Virus record (IMG/VR): IMGVR_UViG_3300032277_002045
Span: 1-41,488 of that record
Direction: 5' to 3' (one strand)
From: a virus
Taxonomy: Duplodnaviria; Caudoviricetes
Length of the DNA stretch: 41,488 nucleotides
Below the pieces are notes generated by a model that searched no databases, was not told the DNA's origin, and saw only the letters and a list, made by a program, of their open reading frames with translations. The first letter of the stretch is position 1. Every line of letters begins with the position of its first letter. Made by a program: the position numbers and the translations under genes. Shown here piece after piece: positions 37,501 through 41,488 of the stretch.

Positions 37501-38854
37501 TAGTACTCAAGTTGTTGGTTTTGCAGAAGATGGTGTTCCAATTATATATGATTATGGAAAATACGTAAGGCTAGATGATCCTAATTTGTATGGTACAAGT
37601 AGTATAAGTAATATAACTATACCTAAACAACAGCTAGGTAAAAATCTTGAATGGGCCAAGTCAAAAGGTTACTATAAAAATGAAGGTCCATCTGATCTTA
37701 ACTTTGATATTTCACCTTTATACGAAGAGGGTGATGAAGATGAACTTAAACCATTTTATGATGCATTAGCAAAAAAGAAAAGACGTTTAATGAATGATTT
37801 AAATATCAAACCTGAAGATTATGATATGATGGCTAAAACATTAATTGGCATAACTATGGCTGAAACAACAGGGGGTGCTGGAGTTCAACATACTATAGAA
37901 GGTATTATTCCGGGAACTCCATTTCAAGAAACTGCGGGCTTAACTCAATTAACGTGGACTAATATTGAAAATGATCCTAAATTAAAAAAGGTTGCCGCAA
38001 GGTATGGAATTACTGAAATATCAGATTTAAAAGATCCGAGTAAATCAGCAATTGCTTCTATGATATATGGTCACAGAAATATGCAAGCTGCTAAAAAAAA
38101 TTGGGAAGAAGGCAAGGGCCATGAAGGAACGAGAACATATTATCCTGCAGATAGTTGGAAACAAGGAACCAAACAGCTATTTGGAAAATCTTCAACATAT
38201 GATGGTTATATGTTTAAAACAGATGAAGGACCAAAAGTTGATTTTTTTACAGGTAATAAATATATAGGCATAGGTATGGATAAAGATATAGAAGATATTC
38301 AAGCTCAATTTGATGAAATAGCACCTGGTAAATATACAGTACGTGAGGAAGATGGCGATTATGTAGTTGATAAAGTAACAAAAGGTAATTCAGAACTGTC
38401 ACCTGAAGAAATGTTTATATATAACTGGAACTCGCCAAATATATTAAAAAGTGGAGATGCACAAGGAGGTTCTGCTTATGTAAGGGGAATATTAGAGGAA
38501 ATGGATAAATTTCAAATTGGTGGTGAAGTAGTACCGGAAGATGTGCAGGCAATGAAAGATTCATTAGAGCAGGAGTTGCAAAATTTAAAAGGATTTAAGA
38601 TGAATCCAGCTCAACAATTAAAATTGTCTCAACAATTACATGATACGTATAATGAGAATGTTCCTCGTAGATTTAAAATAGGAGGTCCTAAATTATCAAA
38701 GGAATTGCAGTTATACAAAGACTATATTATAGGTAGTGATGATAGTGAGAAAGCCAGAAAAAACTATGATAAACTTAATAGAGTTTATTATAGAGAAGCT
38801 AAAGTTAAAAATATGAAGCCTGCCAATTATATAATGACCACAATGATATCTTAA
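34595..38854 (+). CDS. Multidomain virion cargo (ejection) protein: zincin-like HExxH domain, NlpC/P60/CHAP-like Cys-His domain and lysozyme/transglycosylase-like domain
   Basis: RHERAH...EESYAD; KGCLASS...MTPGTIVGF...GHSTQVVG...IIYD; ITMAETTGG...AGLTQL...DLKDP; modules are separated by FQxGG-like motifs. Confidence 0.65.
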   Translation: MRNKYAEIIKGLPGGPNENLSFPSGWGYSSLGYKRNSPDINNPFNIIPSGRITMKDVDFPITGIDDLGNEKLMFPGNEYEFPGSEVFELPHKEHRSLEWEGRPLISNDGFEGFEGGFHSKYLDMHATYRKPLQMIGDGHLSLTGHLSTGPNEFSFTPSVHIGGHGPEFGINIGFKHSFQPGGETGGMGDPDMLDFYYHYMNSDKYKERLKSSGYANPQEIAGKRQNSHFNTKIHYKDEVPGNWNAFMDILQGRPTNASGSSYIPGDKMGETTTGDILVYDGQADLEGTTSGDIERHERAHAMVQDAELNDYDQRQFSERETESSRNKGYRHGKKIPIGNQQLEESYADMTGLRYTIFDELGIDATKDITDEDMSKIQNLIKDSKYKSAKRLFDAYSPEDIKWMLNNIASNQSASSDQMQMAQDGDEINFYSPEPIDNTYVDQSILNNQLTPFRSFAHLTYEEQMALIKNQKIEAAMRLLRRSSTDNNNDDIMYDFNSQNVPIIFQDGDEVTGVNPGSGYDTDHKIQYVDTDKEFNTGFETQDRMLKEAMATYKQSMLSQSGATAHAPEEPGIPSGGIGDNDGGGPPEFTKWEEKHGDWDGHTWVPDERFKGIKGAIDNIGTRRQARKDFRSAHPKTEQRRFDKWNRAGNIFRKRDDKIRNKPEAFREYHPRVGTDQEGNNLRHWSNMWMGVRDKSQFDDFNFFKNNKPFKQDGGENEQYANAYLNDLYISSDDLTYLNHEDALDLNLLPKEKWNDKVWVDQDGEDKEMSYEEIADYYDGTIPWDMLNTSDKHYSNEYYCDPSKGCLASSFDAYDQVIGQKYPSTDFLSEAKLKNEMNLQSLQGYTVEERSDGTKIFIDPNGNQVSDRTKQWIESIPYFQSGDNYDFTADSWDIHGVTVDRGGKNIFTGGKDYSYDTDEYQNQDDMADFSTLSDSEKQAIYAQMTPGTIVGFGKYNLGENQKYGLTGSGHSTQVVGFAEDGVPIIYDYGKYVRLDDPNLYGTSSISNITIPKQQLGKNLEWAKSKGYYKNEGPSDLNFDISPLYEEGDEDELKPFYDALAKKKRRLMNDLNIKPEDYDMMAKTLIGITMAETTGGAGVQHTIEGIIPGTPFQETAGLTQLTWTNIENDPKLKKVAARYGITEISDLKDPSKSAIASMIYGHRNMQAAKKNWEEGKGHEGTRTYYPADSWKQGTKQLFGKSSTYDGYMFKTDEGPKVDFFTGNKYIGIGMDKDIEDIQAQFDEIAPGKYTVREEDGDYVVDKVTKGNSELSPEEMFIYNWNSPNILKSGDAQGGSAYVRGILEEMDKFQIGGEVVPEDVQAMKDSLEQELQNLKGFKMNPAQQLKLSQQLHDTYNENVPRRFKIGGPKLSKELQLYKDYIIGSDDSEKARKNYDKLNRVYYREAKVKNMKPANYIMTTMIS

Positions 38855-38882
38855 ACTATAAATTAGTAAATGTTATCAATTA

Positions 38883-38894
38883 TTTGTATATTAT
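38883..38894 (+). promoter_or_regulatory. Putative late promoter TTTGTATATTAT
   Basis: Exact motif copy 23 nt before the ATG at 38918. Confidence 0.7.
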
Positions 38895-38917
38895 AATTGT
38901 ATCTAATATGTTAAAAA

Positions 38918-41488
38918 ATGAGCTATAGAAATTTAAACAATAAAAGTTTTCATTCTAACAAGATAAAAAATTTCTTGCAGGGTGGTGGAGAACCATCTCA
39001 AGTAGAAAATCCAAAAGATCCTCAAGAAGAATTAGTGCCGTTAATAAAGTCTGCTATTGAGCAGGGTGCTGCATTACCTCAAATAATTGCATCTTTAGCT
39101 CAAAACCAAATTCCCATAGATATAATACAAGAAGCTTTAATTTCTGCAGGTATACCTCAAGAAGAAATAGCTGCAGCATTTCAAGAAATTGAGCAACTAC
39201 AAGCTCAAGATCAACAAGCTCAAGCTGAGGGCCCTATCCAACCTTCTCCAGAACAAGCAATTCCAGGAGAGCAGATGCCGCCAGAACAAATGGCTCCAGA
39301 AGGTGCAATGCCTCCAGGTATGGCACCAATGATGCAAGAAGGTGGTGAAAATGAAGAAATGCAGTCTAGAGATGGTGAGCCCGTTGAAACTATTATTGAT
39401 GATTCAAAAGATGGCTATGACTATAAAAAGATTGAAGATCCTCAAACAGGAGAAATGACTTACTTCTCAAAAAGAAGAGGTGCAAGTAAATGGAAAGATC
39501 TTCAAGACGGTAAAAATGATAGAGCATTAAAAGCTGTAAGAGCCAAAAAATTTGGAGATAATCCAGATGAATGGTATGGTACAGATGCAGAATCAAAATG
39601 GAATGCTCAAGAAAAGGGACGGTATAATGCTATGATGGCTGAGAAAAATAAACCAGCTGAAGCAAAAAGTTCTGCGAAAGATTTTAGTGGCCCAACATAT
39701 GATGATATTCTAAAGGGAGGATATAGGACAAAGGTTATACAATATCCTATGGGTTATGCAAACATGCCGCCAGGTCATATTGAAACTATATTGGTAGATT
39801 CTAAGGGTAACCCTGTATCTCAATATATGGACCAAGACGGCAATATACAGGATGCATTGGTTAATAGATGGGAAGAAAGAGGTCAAAGCTTTGCTATGAA
39901 AAATGATAGCGGGGGAGATGACAACGCTGGGGTAACAGGCTATGACGAGAACGGTGATCCTATCTTCAGCCGCTACGCGGGTCAATTTAAGGATAAAGCA
40001 ACCATGGATGCGTTATTAAAATCTGATCCATATATTAGATCAATGGATATAGCATTGAATCCAGAAGAGCTATCTCATTTTTTAAATACTACAGCTTTAG
40101 AGTCAGGGAAAGATTATCATTTTTCAGATAACAATTGTGCAGATGGTGTATGTAGAGCTTATAATGTGGATGATAAAACTGTTGGTCAAACTACAGGCTT
40201 GGGGGGTCTTATTAATATTGGAACAGAACTGGGACTTACTAAAGGAGGTGCGGGTGCTTTGACAGATCCTTTTCAAGTTTATAATACACTTCAAAATAAA
40301 TATAAGGGTAGAACATCTAATGTACTGGGAAAACAAAAAAGTAGAACGCAGGGAATGCTAGATATAGCGGTACCTGAAGTTCATAAGCTTGTATCCACAA
40401 GCGGACTTACAGATGCAATTACTCCAGATTGGCTGGTTTCCAAGGATGTAGCACGTGCGGCTGATTATACATTTGGTAATATGGCAGCTGAAGGTACAAG
40501 GAAAGTTATCAATGGTGTGGCTATGGTTTATAAAGGAGGCAGATGGGTTAAAGATGTATTTGAGGAAGCCGGTGCCAGATTAGAAGATGCAAGACAAAGT
40601 GTTATTAAGAATAGTTCTGATTGGACAGGAGGAGTAATTGATCTTGATCAAAGTTTGGACGATGCTGTAGACAATACTGTAAATTGGTGGAAAAAGAAAT
40701 TGAGTTTTGAAAAAGGAGGAGAACCTAACAGATATTCAAATATTCTTCATCAAGCTCAATATGGGTTAGGTTTTGGAAATGCTCAAACTTTAAATCAATT
40801 TCATAACAGAGATAAATCATATAGATCTAATATAAATAGTGCATACTTGCCAATGAACCTTAAAAGTAAAGGCAATCCAGCTGGAGCATTTGCAAATGCT
40901 TTAGAGAGTACTAGAGAGCTTTTTGGTGCAAAAGATAAGGATGGAGACGGTTTGGCTGATGGTGCCTTTAGAGATTTAAAAGCTAAAAGAAATAGACATA
41001 AAGCGGCAAAAGATGTATCCAAAGGTAAAGTTCCAAAAGGTTGGGAAAACTGGCAGGATAAAACAATGATGAAGTATAATGATGAAACAATGTCTTATGA
41101 CATGCAATATAATGATCCTAGGTTTCAATCAAATATTAAAAAGAAAAATTACGCAAACTTATTTAAAAAAGGTAAGAATGTAATATCAGATGAATACTTA
41201 AACAGAACTGATTTTGATGCAGAAGGATATAAATCATTTTCAGATTTATCTACTCAAATGAAAAGTCTAAGTAAGGATGAGCAAGATGCTTTAAGATATA
41301 CTACTAGTACTATGCAAGATTACCAAAAAGAAAAAAAAGATGGTAATTTACCTAAAGGAACGCAACTTGGGATGGATTCTAGAGGTGCAATAGGTTATTA
41401 TGATGAAGATGCAGAGCTGCCAGGTGGTAGCCAAAAACGAATAAATAATATGATGATGCAAAATTACGGAAGAGGTGGCTCCTCTAAA
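38918..41488 (+). CDS. Large virion cargo protein, 3'-truncated by the window edge (at least 857 aa; not in the ORF track), containing a permuted papain-like peptidase domain
   Basis: I translated the frame from ATG 38918 (MSYRNLNNKSF...) to the window end without finding a stop. It has a Gln/Pro/Met-rich linker, PPGHIETIL (His at 39776) and DYHFSDNNCADGVCRA (Cys at 40136). Confidence 0.85.
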   Translation, partial: MSYRNLNNKSFHSNKIKNFLQGGGEPSQVENPKDPQEELVPLIKSAIEQGAALPQIIASLAQNQIPIDIIQEALISAGIPQEEIAAAFQEIEQLQAQDQQAQAEGPIQPSPEQAIPGEQMPPEQMAPEGAMPPGMAPMMQEGGENEEMQSRDGEPVETIIDDSKDGYDYKKIEDPQTGEMTYFSKRRGASKWKDLQDGKNDRALKAVRAKKFGDNPDEWYGTDAESKWNAQEKGRYNAMMAEKNKPAEAKSSAKDFSGPTYDDILKGGYRTKVIQYPMGYANMPPGHIETILVDSKGNPVSQYMDQDGNIQDALVNRWEERGQSFAMKNDSGGDDNAGVTGYDENGDPIFSRYAGQFKDKATMDALLKSDPYIRSMDIALNPEELSHFLNTTALESGKDYHFSDNNCADGVCRAYNVDDKTVGQTTGLGGLINIGTELGLTKGGAGALTDPFQVYNTLQNKYKGRTSNVLGKQKSRTQGMLDIAVPEVHKLVSTSGLTDAITPDWLVSKDVARAADYTFGNMAAEGTRKVINGVAMVYKGGRWVKDVFEEAGARLEDARQSVIKNSSDWTGGVIDLDQSLDDAVDNTVNWWKKKLSFEKGGEPNRYSNILHQAQYGLGFGNAQTLNQFHNRDKSYRSNINSAYLPMNLKSKGNPAGAFANALESTRELFGAKDKDGDGLADGAFRDLKAKRNRHKAAKDVSKGKVPKGWENWQDKTMMKYNDETMSYDMQYNDPRFQSNIKKKNYANLFKKGKNVISDEYLNRTDFDAEGYKSFSDLSTQMKSLSKDEQDALRYTTSTMQDYQKEKKDGNLPKGTQLGMDSRGAIGYYDEDAELPGGSQKRINNMMMQNYGRGGSSK

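Larger units (their letters stand above)
1..41488. mobile_element. Segment of a crAss-like (Crassvirales-type) Bacteroidota bacteriophage genome: morphogenesis module and start of the virion-cargo module
   Basis: Gene order terminase-portal-scaffold-MCP-neck/ring-IHF-like-tail tube-tail stabilisation-large cargo proteins resembles crAss-like phages. Genes lack Shine-Dalgarno sequences and have A-rich start contexts, as in Bacteroidota. No host housekeeping genes and no integrase are visible. Confidence 0.85.

Noticed and set aside
38908-38928. ATG at 38908 as the start of the last gene
   Set aside because: It closes after six codons (TAG); the long frame starts at 38918.
3314-41022. Short alternative-frame and antisense ORFs in the track (e.g. 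3314..3526, 6165..6576, 11214..12117, 13833..14054, 22450..22671, 27011..27328, 39393..41022)
   Set aside because: They are nested in or antisense to longer well-supported genes and have the I/F/L/S-biased composition of shadow frames. The 39393-41022 set is explained by the + strand ORF from 38918.
774-41488. Stop-codon reassignment (TAG to Gln or TGA to Trp), as in some crAss-like phages
   Set aside because: Long genes are intact in code 11, coding density is near complete, and TAG (3249, 4495) and TGA (3608, 3964, 5677, 34598) terminate genes right at the next start.

Overview
The whole window is a segment of a lytic, crAss-like (Crassvirales-type) podophage of Bacteroidota, probably an environmental Flavobacteriia phage. 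It is AT-rich and uses the standard genetic code. The first ~600 bp hold minus-strand (probably early) genes and structured intergenic DNA. After a strand switch at ~588-773, all genes are on the + strand. In order they are: a T9SS-cargo-like secreted protein, an amidase endolysin, an HU/IHF-like protein, a PD-(D/E)XK nuclease, GroES, terminase, portal, a scaffold-like protein, major capsid protein, capsid/neck proteins, Cys-rich tail proteins, a metallophosphoesterase, ring/tail-tube proteins, a 2145-aa tail stabilisation (muzzle) protein, and two large virion cargo proteins, the last running off the window end. Three signals stand out. (i) An intergenic stem-loop plus terminator at 24638-24701 has a 12-nt loop that is the reverse complement of an AAAACCAA(C/T)AAA element just upstream of several start codons, suggesting a multi-target antisense sRNA. 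(ii) The cargo proteins are built of enzyme modules delimited by repeated [F/M]-[Q/E/K]-x-G-[G/D] motifs and also contain candidate protease domains, suggesting a self-processing injected polyprotein. (iii) The phage encodes an apparent type IX secretion substrate. All product calls come from motif recognition and gene order; no searches were run.
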